Assembly (NCBI GenBank): GCA_964430885.1
Contig: CAYSHM010000015.1
Coordinates: forward strand, 1 to 64,000
Length of the DNA: 64,000 nucleotides
Source of the DNA: an uncultured archaeon
GTDB lineage: Archaea > Thermoplasmatota > Penumbrarchaeia > JASLWR01
Reading direction: 5' to 3'
In this document: positions 28,119 to 38,642 of the stretch, piece after piece
How positions within the stretch are numbered: the first letter of the stretch is position 1
Layout: each line of letters starts with the position of its first letter
Translations under genes and position numbers: made by a program
Notes under the pieces: generated by a model
Seen by the model: the letters and a program-made list of their open reading frames with translations, nothing else
What the model was told of the DNA's origin: nothing
The model's database searches: none

Positions 28119-30509
28119 TCAATCGAGCTTGTCCCCTTCTTCTTCGGGGTTGTTTTCTTTATTGTCGATATCTTCACTCTCGCGATTCTCATCAGTAGAG
28201 TCCTGGTCCTTTCTCTCCTCCCCCTCTTCAATGGGGTCTTCATCCTCATCTGTCTCCTCTACTACCTGTTCATCATCTTCATTAAGGCTCTCATCACTTT
28301 CTGCTTTGTTTTTACCTCTTGCTAAAAAGAAAACCACCAGTATGAACAGCAATGCCAGTCCAAGAATTACAATGGTTGAATTCCTTGATATAAATCCTTC
28401 ACTGTCACTATCCTTTTTATCACCATTAGGATCGTCATCGTTGTCGCCAGTATCATCATCTCCGCCAGCCAGTGAAGTGATGTTGATCCAATATGTCCTA
28501 TTGACCTGATTCCCAGATATGTCCGTAACGGTAAGCATTATTGAATAATTACCGGGATTCTCAAACAGAAATGTGTTCACCGCTCCGTATAGTTCAACTT
28601 TTCCTCCAGCATAATCGAAGCTCCATGTCTGGTTCACAATACGGATATTATCTGTAGCTGTAGAATTGAATAGGACTGTCTGCCCTTCCTTGGCTATCTT
28701 GTTGGGAATATCTCCGATTTCAGGAGGTATCATGTCCTTCACAATGACAACAACATCATCCCAGTTAAAGTTCCCAGCATTATCAGTAACATAAAGGATA
28801 ATGAGATAGGAACCGATCAGGCTGAACGTGTATTCTACTTTTTCTCCATAGATTACTGCTATCTGTTTGTTCCTAAAGTCTATGACCCAGGTGAAATTAA
28901 TAATGGTAGAATGATCTGTAGTATTACTTCCGTCAAGGGCCAAGTTGGTTCCTGAAGCCACTGTTCTATGTTTGGGTCCCGCGTCCACATTGGGTTTGAT
29001 ATTATCCACTACCGTAATAATAATAGTACGGGTATCATTGTTTTCTCTTATATCATATACCGTGAGTGTCACCTTGAAATCCCCTATCTCATGGAAGGAG
29101 AAGTTCACGTCCATTCCGTACAGGACGAATATGTCACCAGCATATTCAATATTCCATGTATAGTTCACAATTCCAATGTTATCATAGCTGTCACTGGCGT
29201 TGAATATGACCTTTTCTCCGATATACGCTTCGCGGTCATCCCCTGGATCTGAACGAGGTTTTTTCGTGTCCAAAACGGTTATAACAAAGGTGTCTCTATC
29301 TCCATTTCCCTGGGCATCCTTAACGGTCAATTCAATTTCAAATATACCTGCGGTATTGAAAAAGAAATCGGTTTCGATTCCAGTCAGTTCTCTCATCTGA
29401 CCAAGATAATAGAAGTTCCATCGGTATTCCACAATTTCAATATTATCCGTAGAATTGCTTCCGTCAAATATGACCAAATTGAACTGTTCAATAACCTGAT
29501 CCCTACCCGCATCCGCTGTAGGTTTTTGGGCGTCTATGACATAGACCTCTAAAGAGTCGGTACTGATGATGTCTGAGTTGTTCAATTCATCCATAACACT
29601 GAGGGTGATTGAGTACGCACCTGGATAGTGGAATATGTAATGCTGGGAAACACCGAAAAGTACAACCAAAGTATCATTCAGGGTGAAATACCAGGTCCAA
29701 TTTGTTACCGCTACATTGTCAGTGCTGTTGCTTCCGTCGAAATATGCAGTCTCGTGCTGTTTTATATGAATATCTTCACCAGCATTTGCCACGGGCGGTT
29801 CGCCATCAAGTGCGGTCACGTTGAAACTGTCTTCACCAATATTTCCCGTTGCATCCACCACTGTTAAATATATTACAAAATCCATCTCATAGCCCATTAT
29901 TATTCCTGTGGTTTCATTCATATATTTCCATTTGAGGCATGTGGGACCGAACCACGACCAGGAAAAGTGAACTATCTTGATATTGTCATAGCAGTGCCTA
30001 CCGTCGACATGAATGGGCTGATGGCTCTTCGCACTCCTGTCAGGGCCTGCATTGGCTATGGGATCTATTGTATCATTGACAGTTATTGTTCGGTTGTCTG
30101 TCTGATTCCATAAGCTGGAATTGTCCGAGAAGTGGAAGGTATAATTAATGGCTGTAGCATTTGCAGATACGTTTATCTCTTCCTGCCATATGCAGTCACC
30201 TATGTTGGTCAGGCTCTCGTTGAATCTCTCATTTTCCAATCCTTCCGTGAAAAAAATATAATTCACCCAGACCTCCGTAAGATTTACATTGTCTGAGAAG
30301 TTTCCTGCAAAGGTCAATTGTCTCCCGGTATCAGTGCTTGTAGGTGTGAGATCCTCTAACATTATAGGGGCTTCACTATCACTGATCAATCCAATTTCAT
30401 TTCTATCATATACCTCTGCAGAGAGAAAGGAGAATAACAATGGTGCCAATAGGAATATCATTGCAGTAAAAGTTATTTCTCTGTTACGTTTATTACTGTA
30501 TACCGCCAT
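28119..30509 (-). CDS. PKD-repeat surface glycoprotein, copy 1
   Basis: Signal peptide, about 6 PxAxAG..FDGSxSxDN..W repeats, many NxS/T sequons, C-terminal TM and acidic tail. Confidence 0.88.
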   Translation of the reverse strand: MAVYSNKRNREITFTAMIFLLAPLLFSFLSAEVYDRNEIGLISDSEAPIMLEDLTPTSTDTGRQLTFAGNFSDNVNLTEVWVNYIFFTEGLENERFNESLTNIGDCIWQEEINVSANATAINYTFHFSDNSSLWNQTDNRTITVNDTIDPIANAGPDRSAKSHQPIHVDGRHCYDNIKIVHFSWSWFGPTCLKWKYMNETTGIIMGYEMDFVIYLTVVDATGNIGEDSFNVTALDGEPPVANAGEDIHIKQHETAYFDGSNSTDNVAVTNWTWYFTLNDTLVVLFGVSQHYIFHYPGAYSITLSVMDELNNSDIISTDSLEVYVIDAQKPTADAGRDQVIEQFNLVIFDGSNSTDNIEIVEYRWNFYYLGQMRELTGIETDFFFNTAGIFEIELTVKDAQGNGDRDTFVITVLDTKKPRSDPGDDREAYIGEKVIFNASDSYDNIGIVNYTWNIEYAGDIFVLYGMDVNFSFHEIGDFKVTLTVYDIRENNDTRTIIITVVDNIKPNVDAGPKHRTVASGTNLALDGSNTTDHSTIINFTWVIDFRNKQIAVIYGEKVEYTFSLIGSYLIILYVTDNAGNFNWDDVVVIVKDMIPPEIGDIPNKIAKEGQTVLFNSTATDNIRIVNQTWSFDYAGGKVELYGAVNTFLFENPGNYSIMLTVTDISGNQVNRTYWINITSLAGGDDDTGDNDDDPNGDKKDSDSEGFISRNSTIVILGLALLFILVVFFLARGKNKAESDESLNEDDEQVVEETDEDEDPIEEGEERKDQDSTDENRESEDIDNKENNPEEEGDKLD

Positions 30510-30575
30510 TTAAATCCCTTCATTTCATTATAATTCAAACATATTTACACTGTTATATATATTAAATTTATCATA

Positions 30576-30897
30576 TTATGGACTGGGAGAATTATAGAAG
30601 TCAGACCCCCCAAGTGATGAATTAACCGTATTATTCGATCTTCAATATTCCATGTATTTGGAAAAGATTCCTTCAGAGCCAGACATCTTATGACCTGCCC
30701 GAAATATAGGAAAGCTCCTTTTAATTCAACTTATTTAACAACCTCACATTCCAGATAACCCATCATACATCGGATCAGGGGAGCATCAATGGACTTGCTA
30801 GAGATAAACTGGAATTTTCCTGATCCAAATTTATTTTATTCATTTCCAGATACGGTCCCGCAGTATTTCATTATATCATGGGAATCTCTACCGGGAA
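30576..30897 (-). pseudogene. Flavin reductase pseudogene fragment (3' half)
   Basis: Aligns to 33501-33823 (PGRDSHDIMKYCGTVSG..GYLECEVVK..HHLGGxDFYNSP), with two in-frame TAA stops and no 5' half. Confidence 0.85.
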
Positions 30898-33823
30898 CAC
30901 CTACGAGATAAAAATAATCACTGAGAAGTTCGTTCCTCAATAAAGGTATATGAATAAATAAATAAATGTAATGTTTGATTTCAGAGATCAAGGTTTATGT
31001 ATTAGTGTTTTTTACCTCTAAATAATTTATTCGTTGATTATGAATCGAGCTTGTCCCCTTCTTCTTCGGGGTTGTTTTCTTTATTGTCAATATCTTCACT
31101 CTCGCTATTCTCATCTGTAGAGTCCTGGGCGTTCTCCCCCCCCTCTTCAATGGGGTCTTCATCCTCATCTGTTTCCTCCGTCTCCTCTACTTCCTGTTCA
31201 TCATCTTCATTAAGGCTCTCATCACTTTCTACTTTGTTTTTACCTCTTGCTACGAAGAAAACCACCAGTATGAACAGCAGTGCCAGTCCAAGAATTACAA
31301 TCGTTGAATTCCTTGATAGAAATCCTTCACTGTCACTATCCTTTTTATCACCATTGGGATCGTCATCGTTGTCGCCAATATCATCATCTCCGCCAGCCAG
31401 TGAAGTGATGTTGATCCAATATGTCCTATTGACCTGATTCCCAGATATGTCCGTAACGGTAAGCATTATTGAATAATTACCGGGATTCTCAAACAGAAAT
31501 GTGTTCACCGCTCCGTATAGTTCAACTTTTCCTCCAGCGTAATCGAAGCTCCATGTCTGGTTTACAATACGGATATTATCTGTAGCTGTAGAATTGAATA
31601 TGACGGTCTGCCCTTCCTTGGCTATCTTGTTGGGAATATCTCCGATTTCAGGAGGTATTATATCCTTCACAATGACAACAATATCATCCCAGTTAAGATT
31701 CCCCGCATTATCAATAACATAAAGTATGATGAGATAAGAACCTATCTTGCTGAAAGTGTATTCTACTTTTACACCATACAATTCGGCCATTTGCTTGTTT
31801 TTAAAATCTATGGCCCAGGTGAAATTAACAAGGGGTGAGTGGTCTGTGGAATTACTACCGTCAAGGATCAAGCTGGTCCCAGGAGTGACCGTTCTCTGTT
31901 TTGGCCCTGCATCCACAATGGGTTTGATATTATCCACAACTGTAATCGTAATAGTGCGCGTATCATTATTGGCTCTAATATCATATACAATGAGTGTTAC
32001 ATCAAAATCACCTATGTCATGGAAGGAAAAGTTCACTTCCATTCCGTACAGGACGAATATGTCACTAGCATATTCAATATTCCATGTATGGTTCACAATT
32101 CCAACGTTATCATAGCTATCACTGGCGTTGAATATGACCTTTTCTCCGATATACACCTCGCGGTCATCCCCTGGATCTGAACGGGGTTTTTTCGTGTCCA
32201 AAACGGTTATAACAAAGGTATCTTTATCTCCATTTCCCTGGGCATCCTTAACGGTCAATTCAATTTCAAATATACCTGCGGTATTGAAAAAGAAATCGGT
32301 TTCGATTCCAGTCAGTTCTCTCATCTGACCAAGATAATAGAAGTTCCATCGGTATTCCACAATTTCAATATTATCCGTAGAATTGCTTCCGTCAAATATG
32401 ACCAAATTGAACTGTTCAATAACCTGATCCCTACCCGCATCCGCTGTAGGTTTTTGGGCGTCTATGACATAGACCTCTAAAGAGTCGGTACTGATGATGT
32501 CTGAGTTGTTCAATTCATCCATAACACTGAGGGTTATGGAGTAAACACCAGGGTAATGAAATATGTATTGGGGAGAAACACCGAATAGAACCACCAATGT
32601 ATCGTTCAAAGTGAAATACCAGGTCCAATTTGTTACCGCTACATTGTCAGTGCTGTTGCTGCCGTCGAAGTATGCGATTTCGTGCTGTTTTATATATATG
32701 TCCGCACCTGCATTTGCTACGGGCGGTTCGCCATCAAGGGCAGTCACGTTGAAGCTGTCCTCTCCAATATTTCCCGCTCCATCCACCACAGTTAAATGTA
32801 TTACAATATCCACATCATAGCCCATTATTATTCCAGAGGTTTCATTAAGATATTTCCATTTATCGCATGTGGGACAGAACCACCACCAGGAGAAATGGAC
32901 GATCTTGATATTGTCATAACAGTGTCTGCCGTCAACATGAATTGGCTGATGACTCTTTGCACCCCGGTCAGGTCCTGCATTTGCCACGGGATCTATCGTA
33001 TCATCAACGGTTATTGTGCGGTTATCAGTCTGATTCCATAAGCTGGAATTGTCCGAGAAATGGTATGTATAATTGATAGCTGTAGCATTAGCAGATACGT
33101 TTATCTCCTTCTGCCAAATGCCGTCACCAATATTGTTCAGGCTTTCATTATGGCTCTCATTTTCCATTCCTTCCTTGAAAAAAATATAATTCACCCAGAC
33201 CTCTGTGAGATTAATATTATCTGAGAAATTACCAGCAAATATCAATTGTCCTCCAGTAGTAGTGCTTGCTGGTGTAAGGTCCTCCTTCATGACTGGGGCT
33301 TCACCATCGCTGATCAATTCAAATCCATTTCTATTACTTCTCTCAGCAGAGAGAAAGGATAATGAAAATGGTACAACAAGCAGTAACAGAACAATAGAAG
33401 CTATTACTCTATTCTTTTTTATAATGTTTACAGCCATTTTAATCCCTTCATTTCATTGCAATTCGAATATATTACGCTGTTATATATTAAATTTGCCATA
33501 TTATGGATTCGGAGAATTATAAAAGTCCGGCCCCCCCAAATGGTGTATAAGACGGACCCTTGTATCATCAATGTTCCAGGTATCTGAAAAACAGTCCTTC
33601 AAAGCAAGGCATCTGTTCACTTGCCCGAAATATAGATGAGCTCCTTTTAACTCCACTTGTTTAACAACCTCACATTCCAAATAGCCCAGCATACCTACAA
33701 TTAAAGGGGCGCCAATGGTCTCGCCAGAGATGAACCCGAGTTTTCCGGATTCAAATTTATTTACATCTTTACCAGATACGGTTCCGCAGTATTTCATGAT
33801 ATCATGGGAATCTCTACCGGGAA
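30890..33823. repeat. Tandem duplication unit 2
   Basis: First ~150 bp nearly identical to 27968-28118. Confidence 0.85.
31038..33437 (-). CDS. PKD-repeat surface glycoprotein, copy 2
   Basis: Colinear close paralog of 28119-30509. Confidence 0.88.
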   Translation of the reverse strand: MAVNIIKKNRVIASIVLLLLVVPFSLSFLSAERSNRNGFELISDGEAPVMKEDLTPASTTTGGQLIFAGNFSDNINLTEVWVNYIFFKEGMENESHNESLNNIGDGIWQKEINVSANATAINYTYHFSDNSSLWNQTDNRTITVDDTIDPVANAGPDRGAKSHQPIHVDGRHCYDNIKIVHFSWWWFCPTCDKWKYLNETSGIIMGYDVDIVIHLTVVDGAGNIGEDSFNVTALDGEPPVANAGADIYIKQHEIAYFDGSNSTDNVAVTNWTWYFTLNDTLVVLFGVSPQYIFHYPGVYSITLSVMDELNNSDIISTDSLEVYVIDAQKPTADAGRDQVIEQFNLVIFDGSNSTDNIEIVEYRWNFYYLGQMRELTGIETDFFFNTAGIFEIELTVKDAQGNGDKDTFVITVLDTKKPRSDPGDDREVYIGEKVIFNASDSYDNVGIVNHTWNIEYASDIFVLYGMEVNFSFHDIGDFDVTLIVYDIRANNDTRTITITVVDNIKPIVDAGPKQRTVTPGTSLILDGSNSTDHSPLVNFTWAIDFKNKQMAELYGVKVEYTFSKIGSYLIILYVIDNAGNLNWDDIVVIVKDIIPPEIGDIPNKIAKEGQTVIFNSTATDNIRIVNQTWSFDYAGGKVELYGAVNTFLFENPGNYSIMLTVTDISGNQVNRTYWINITSLAGGDDDIGDNDDDPNGDKKDSDSEGFLSRNSTIVILGLALLFILVVFFVARGKNKVESDESLNEDDEQEVEETEETDEDEDPIEEGGENAQDSTDENSESEDIDNKENNPEEEGDKLDS

Positions 33824-34073
33824 TATTTACAGCGAATTCTTTGGATTTTTCAACTATTCCGGTTGTGAAATGGCTTTTCCCCATTCCGATTATGACCATA
33901 GGTGGTGATTTCTGTACCGGCATATTCCAAGCTACAGTCATCACACCTTTCAAATCCTTATAGGCAGATGATACCATGATGACAGGTCCGCTGTTTATGA
34001 AACGTGTGGCAAAATCAAGGCTTATCTCTTGATATTCTTTATCAATTTCAGTGCATGACAACATACAGTTCAC
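33501..34073 (-). CDS. Flavin reductase (flavoredoxin/DIM6-NTAB-like) family protein
   Basis: PVIMVSS, MTVAW, EFAVNIP, CGTVSGKDVNKF, YLECEV, HHLGG. Confidence 0.88.
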   Translation of the reverse strand: MNCMLSCTEIDKEYQEISLDFATRFINSGPVIMVSSAYKDLKGVMTVAWNMPVQKSPPMVIIGMGKSHFTTGIVEKSKEFAVNIPGRDSHDIMKYCGTVSGKDVNKFESGKLGFISGETIGAPLIVGMLGYLECEVVKQVELKGAHLYFGQVNRCLALKDCFSDTWNIDDTRVRLIHHLGGPDFYNSPNP

Positions 34074-34112
34074 CTTTGAAGCATTTTTGGGGAACCCTAA
34101 AATGGGCCGAGA

Positions 34113-35429
34113 TCATACTTTGATCTCAAGATTGTTCTTGTGGGGATCAAAGAAGTGAGTGATATAATATTCATCAATTTCAGTTTGAACCCCACCGGAG
34201 GATCTATAGGTCCAGGATGTATAGTAGGATTCAATGTCAAGAGGAAGCGGTGGCATCTCGGCCATTTCGACATCTGGGTGTTTTGGTCCACCCGGATCCT
34301 CCCAATCTGAAAACCTATTTGCGTCCCTTTTGAGAAAATGATGGTTAACAGGGTCTACCACTGGCTGGTAAAGATCACCGTTATCGAGAGGGATAAGCAA
34401 TTTTGCCCAGCCGTGTCCCTCCCATGCATTATTGGGATCATAGGAATATTGATTGTACAGTGCTCCGTTCTGGAGCCACGCAGGTATGCCAACTGATCGG
34501 CATAGTGAAATGAAAAGAATAGCCTGATCGTCACAATCTCCATAACCGTCATATAGGGTCATATAAGCCGGTTTTGGTTTGCCGTGAAAGCGCTTCCGGT
34601 CATTCTCCATCTGTTCAGGGGTTGGATAGGCAAATCCGCCTCCATTGAATCCATATCTTTCGCCTGCTGCGGTTCCTCCTTTCTGCAGGAACTGATAGAT
34701 ATTGTAGGCTATCAAGTATATATTGTCCTCGCCGTCCGCAAGGTCCTCGGCTATGGCTTTGATCTTCTGGTTTGACGGTTCTATTCTATAATCAGGAGTT
34801 TTATTGTCATTATCAACATCCCTATAGGTGGATCCGTCCTCAGCAAATACTATCCACCTATCGCCAGTGTAGCGATTTGTATAGTTCTTGGGTATGTCTT
34901 CAATTTCCCCTGAATTTCTTGCGTTTATATCCCATTCAACAGTATAACTGCGGATATGATATGTGAGATGTATATCTATAGATGAGGTTGTTTCAGCGTT
35001 CCAATACAGTATGGATTCACCGTTTTCTTCCACAGTACGGGTAGGTTTAGGGTCTGTTTCAAAAGCTATGACCTTTTGTATCTCTCTGCCCATAAGTTCA
35101 ATGTCCTGGGGCGGTGTTACAACAAGAGAATACTCTATCTTTCCACCGGTGGGTGTGATTGTTAGAACCCTTTCCACCTTGAAATCGGTAAACTCAGGGT
35201 CTTCTTGATAATATTCCAATCCCGCCACCAAGGATTCCATAAGGGTGTCTCTATAGGGCTTCCAGCTCGGTAATATTAGTACCAGTATGAGGAGTACAAG
35301 AAGAATAAGGGCCACAAGTTTAGTGATAATATTTCCTATAGATATCCTTCTCTTCCTCTTGCGTTTTGGGGCCTTGCTCCTTGGTTGATCCTGATAAATA
35401 GGAGGCCGTGGTTCATATTGCCCTGTCAT
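34113..35429 (-). CDS. Membrane-anchored transglutaminase-like domain protein
   Basis: Basic N-terminus + TM; GDCDDQAILFISLCRSVGIPA, GHGW, VVDP (Cys-His-Asp triad). Confidence 0.85.
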   Translation of the reverse strand: MTGQYEPRPPIYQDQPRSKAPKRKRKRRISIGNIITKLVALILLVLLILVLILPSWKPYRDTLMESLVAGLEYYQEDPEFTDFKVERVLTITPTGGKIEYSLVVTPPQDIELMGREIQKVIAFETDPKPTRTVEENGESILYWNAETTSSIDIHLTYHIRSYTVEWDINARNSGEIEDIPKNYTNRYTGDRWIVFAEDGSTYRDVDNDNKTPDYRIEPSNQKIKAIAEDLADGEDNIYLIAYNIYQFLQKGGTAAGERYGFNGGGFAYPTPEQMENDRKRFHGKPKPAYMTLYDGYGDCDDQAILFISLCRSVGIPAWLQNGALYNQYSYDPNNAWEGHGWAKLLIPLDNGDLYQPVVDPVNHHFLKRDANRFSDWEDPGGPKHPDVEMAEMPPLPLDIESYYTSWTYRSSGGVQTEIDEYYITHFFDPHKNNLEIKV

Positions 35430-35676
35430 TATTTAACCTCGCTGTAATCTGCTGATTATTAATGGACTGAATTATTATTATTATTGATCTACATATTCGA
35501 AATTTTAGGTTCTGAATCATATATTATCTGATAAATCATATATACATTATTCTCTGATATTAGTACATTCATGTTATAGCCTTGAATCCTACCTTTATCT
35601 AAAAAGCAGAGAATAATAAAACAACACCCGAAAAATCATTTCAGGGCCATTCAAAACGATTATAGGTTCTGAATCA

Positions 35677-36333
35677 TTATATAATGTATTTCAAAATATT
35701 TCTTAGGTCTTTCCTTGTAACTGTATGGGTTGCTCCTAGCGGAATATTACCCGCATTCTTAGGATTGTTTAAGTGATTGAATAATATTCCTATGCTAGAC
35801 TGAGCGAACATGGACCCGTCGATATGGGAATCACCAACAGAAGCGGTTTCCTTCTTTTCAATTCCATATTTCTTCTGGTAATTATTCAGCACACTATCCT
35901 TTCCAAGAAGCTCGACTTTTGCAATTCCCTCACCTGTAAGATAACCACTACGGTCTAATATTAGTCTATTGGATATATGATCATCCATTCCCAGTTTGTC
36001 CGCAATATGCCCGGATAATATCTCCAAACCGCAGGATATGATAATACTCCTAATATTGTTTTCCCGAAGTGTCATGATGGTTTCCACAGCCCCGGTCATT
36101 AATGGAATAGAGAAGAGTATCTCTTTAATTTCATCAATATGTATTCTGGGTTTTTTCCCTATCCAAAGATCGATATCGCGTCTGATGAACTCATTATCGT
36201 CGATCATTCCATCCATATACTGCTTATAGGAGAATTCGTTGTCTGTTCCAAAATGATCATGGAGTTTAACCCAGGATGAATGGTGGTCCAGGAGTACACC
36301 ATCCATATCAAATGCTACTAGTTTAATAGACAT
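35677..36333 (-). CDS. HAD-IB phosphatase (phosphoserine phosphatase-like)
   Basis: FDMDGVL, IISCG, K, VGDSHID motifs. Confidence 0.85.
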   Translation of the reverse strand: MSIKLVAFDMDGVLLDHHSSWVKLHDHFGTDNEFSYKQYMDGMIDDNEFIRRDIDLWIGKKPRIHIDEIKEILFSIPLMTGAVETIMTLRENNIRSIIISCGLEILSGHIADKLGMDDHISNRLILDRSGYLTGEGIAKVELLGKDSVLNNYQKKYGIEKKETASVGDSHIDGSMFAQSSIGILFNHLNNPKNAGNIPLGATHTVTRKDLRNILKYII

Positions 36334-36401
36334 ACATTCACCGGAAAATTTTCAGAGAACCAAATGTTTCTAGAAGATAATTACTTTTCAGAAGTTAGAA
36401 T

Positions 36402-36726
36402 GCCAGGCAAGGCCAAAGTGGACACTCAGACACAAATGCTCATGGCCCGACTTCCAGCTACTTTCCGCTACCTCCTGAGCGCTGAGAGTACACGGTAAGG
36501 CTGCTCCCTTCCGGGCCTCACCCGGTTCCCATGATCAATGCATACTAGTTACCCTCCGGTAACTTCCATATACAACCTTCAACCCCAGAAGACGAAATAT
36601 CAACACTTTCCATCGGATGAACAAAAGCTCAGATATGCCGCCTAAGGCCGTCAGTCCCACGTTAAGACGAGTTTTGGTACATCAGAAGATGTATAGGGGA
36701 CGTCTAACCCCCCGACCTAGCCTGAC
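36402..36726 (-). ncRNA. ffs: Archaeal SRP RNA (7S)
   Basis: Minus strand has helix 8 GAACCGGGTGAGGCCCGGAAGGGAGCAG, Alu-like 5' GGCTAGGTCGGGGGGTTAGACGTCCCC, and terminal pairing GTCAGGC/GCCTGGC. Confidence 0.92.
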
Positions 36727-36825
36727 AACTGGTTAATATCCCGGAATTTATATTAATATTTTGGTTTGGAATAATTCGGCTTGACTTTTCTTGGGTAATT
36801 TTTCCAATCCTTCCCCAACAAATAA

Positions 36826-37605
36826 TCAACTGATCGATTCAAATCCCACATGCAGTCTTCCACCTAATAGTTCCACCACTACTGGAATGTCATAAATTTC
36901 CAAAAGTATCGACTTCTTTAGAACATCACCCGGTTTCCCTTTGGCAAGAAGCTTTCCCTTTTTCAAGGCAAAGACCTCATGGGCTATAAGAGAAGCTTCG
37001 TTGGGATCATGTGTGGAGAAGATGATGGTTCTACCCTGCTTTGATAGATTTTCTATCTTCTTCAATAATTTTGCTCTATTTCCCATATCCAGATGAACGG
37101 TCGGTTCATCAAGGACCAGAACCTTGGGTTCTTGGGCAAGTGTTCTGGCGATGGCTATCTTTCTTTCTTCACCGCCACTCAGCTTGCCTATCTGTCTTCG
37201 TGAGAGTGAAGATAGATTCATTTCCTTCATGATGCTCTTCACTTTGTCCTTATCTATGTCAGAAGGGATATTGAAATAACCCAAATGCGGCGTTCTTCCC
37301 ATTAATATGAACTCCTCAACAGTGAAGGGAAAGTATATGTTTTCTTTTTGAGGAACCCATCCTATCAATCTGGCGGTCTGTCTGGAAGACATTTTTTTCC
37401 GATCGATTCCATCAATTGTAATCTTTCCCTTCAGGGGATTCAGAATGCCTATGATATTTTTCAATAAGGTTGTCTTTCCCGAACCATTTCCTCCTATCAG
37501 CGCGGTTATTTTCTTCTTCTTGAAACTGGCAGTTATATTGTTAAGGACAAGATCATTTCCAGAAGAATATCCGTAGCTGACATTTTTCATATTTATTTCA
37601 ACCAC
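36826..37605 (-). CDS. ABC transporter ATPase (FecE/BtuD type)
   Basis: GGNGSGKTT, LSGGE, LVLDEPT, STHD; start placed at the GTG overlapping the permease stop. Confidence 0.9.
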   Translation of the reverse strand: MVEINMKNVSYGYSSGNDLVLNNITASFKKKKITALIGGNGSGKTTLLKNIIGILNPLKGKITIDGIDRKKMSSRQTARLIGWVPQKENIYFPFTVEEFILMGRTPHLGYFNIPSDIDKDKVKSIMKEMNLSSLSRRQIGKLSGGEERKIAIARTLAQEPKVLVLDEPTVHLDMGNRAKLLKKIENLSKQGRTIIFSTHDPNEASLIAHEVFALKKGKLLAKGKPGDVLKKSILLEIYDIPVVVELLGGRLHVGFESIS

Positions 37606-38572
37606 CGTAACGCCCCCATTTTTGGGATAAGAATAGAATGAACAATGGAGCACCGATGAGAGCTGTAACAACACCTAAAGGTATCTCTCCGGGAGATATT
37701 GTCCTGGCAATATCATCGAATATTATCATAATTGTTGCCCCTATCAGAGCTGAAGCTGGCAGAACCTTGCCGTTATCCGTCCCGAATAATTTCCTGGAAA
37801 TATGAGGCACCAGAAGGCCCACCCAAACCACTATTCCCGCCACTGCGGTCACCGCTGCGGTTCCGACAACTCCGGCTACAACAGCTATCAGCCTCAATCT
37901 GCCGGGCTTTGTTCCCAGGGATATACTTACTTCATCCTCAAGTATGAGAAGATTCAGCCGCCATCTTATTACAAATAGGACCAGGAAGCAAATGGAAGCT
38001 AAAGGTAGGACAAACCAGATATCCTCCCAGACCAAACCCGATAGTCCTCCCAATAACCAGAAGGTTATTTCCGGAAGCTGGTCCAAGGGGTCTGCCAAAT
38101 ATTTCATCATACCTATAAGCCCACCGAAAAAAGCCGAAACTGCGATTCCTGCAAGTATCAATCTGAGAACCCTTCCTCCATAACGGATCCCCCTAGATAC
38201 AAGGTAAACCAAACCGAAAGCTGAGAGTCCGAATATCACCGCTGATATTTCAACAGCTATATGCGACGATGAGAAGTACAATATTGCCAGCGCAGCACCG
38301 AAACCGCAACCCTGTGAGACACCGAGTATACCCGGGCTTACCAGGGGATTTCTGAAGGCCGATTGGAAAGCAACACCGGATATGGAAAGTATCAGGCCCA
38401 AAAGTCCGGCCATTATTATTCTCGGAAGTCTTATATTCTTTATTATATTTCTTGCTGTCGGGTCACCTGAAAGTTCCCACGGAGGCGTCATGTATCTTCC
38501 GATAAATAGAGAGACAACGTATACCCATGCTAATATTAGAACCAGTAGAATATATTTCCTGCTCTCTCTCAC
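37598..38572 (-). CDS. ABC transporter permease (FecCD/BtuC type)
   Basis: IRLPR, FRNPLVSPGILGVS, WVGLLVPH, GEIPLGVVTALIGAP. Confidence 0.92.
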   Translation of the reverse strand: MRESRKYILLVLILAWVYVVSLFIGRYMTPPWELSGDPTARNIIKNIRLPRIIMAGLLGLILSISGVAFQSAFRNPLVSPGILGVSQGCGFGAALAILYFSSSHIAVEISAVIFGLSAFGLVYLVSRGIRYGGRVLRLILAGIAVSAFFGGLIGMMKYLADPLDQLPEITFWLLGGLSGLVWEDIWFVLPLASICFLVLFVIRWRLNLLILEDEVSISLGTKPGRLRLIAVVAGVVGTAAVTAVAGIVVWVGLLVPHISRKLFGTDNGKVLPASALIGATIMIIFDDIARTISPGEIPLGVVTALIGAPLFILFLSQKWGRYGG

Positions 38573-38642
38573 ATTATTACCTCTTGATCATCACTCTCTG
38601 TGCTTGGCACAATAATGATTTTGATTATATCGGATTTCTTCA

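Larger units (their letters stand above)
27968..30897. repeat. Tandem duplication unit 1 (~2.93 kb)
   Basis: MFS 3' end + PKD gene + flavin reductase 3' half, repeated at 30890-33823; junction microhomology ACCGGGAA. Confidence 0.85.
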
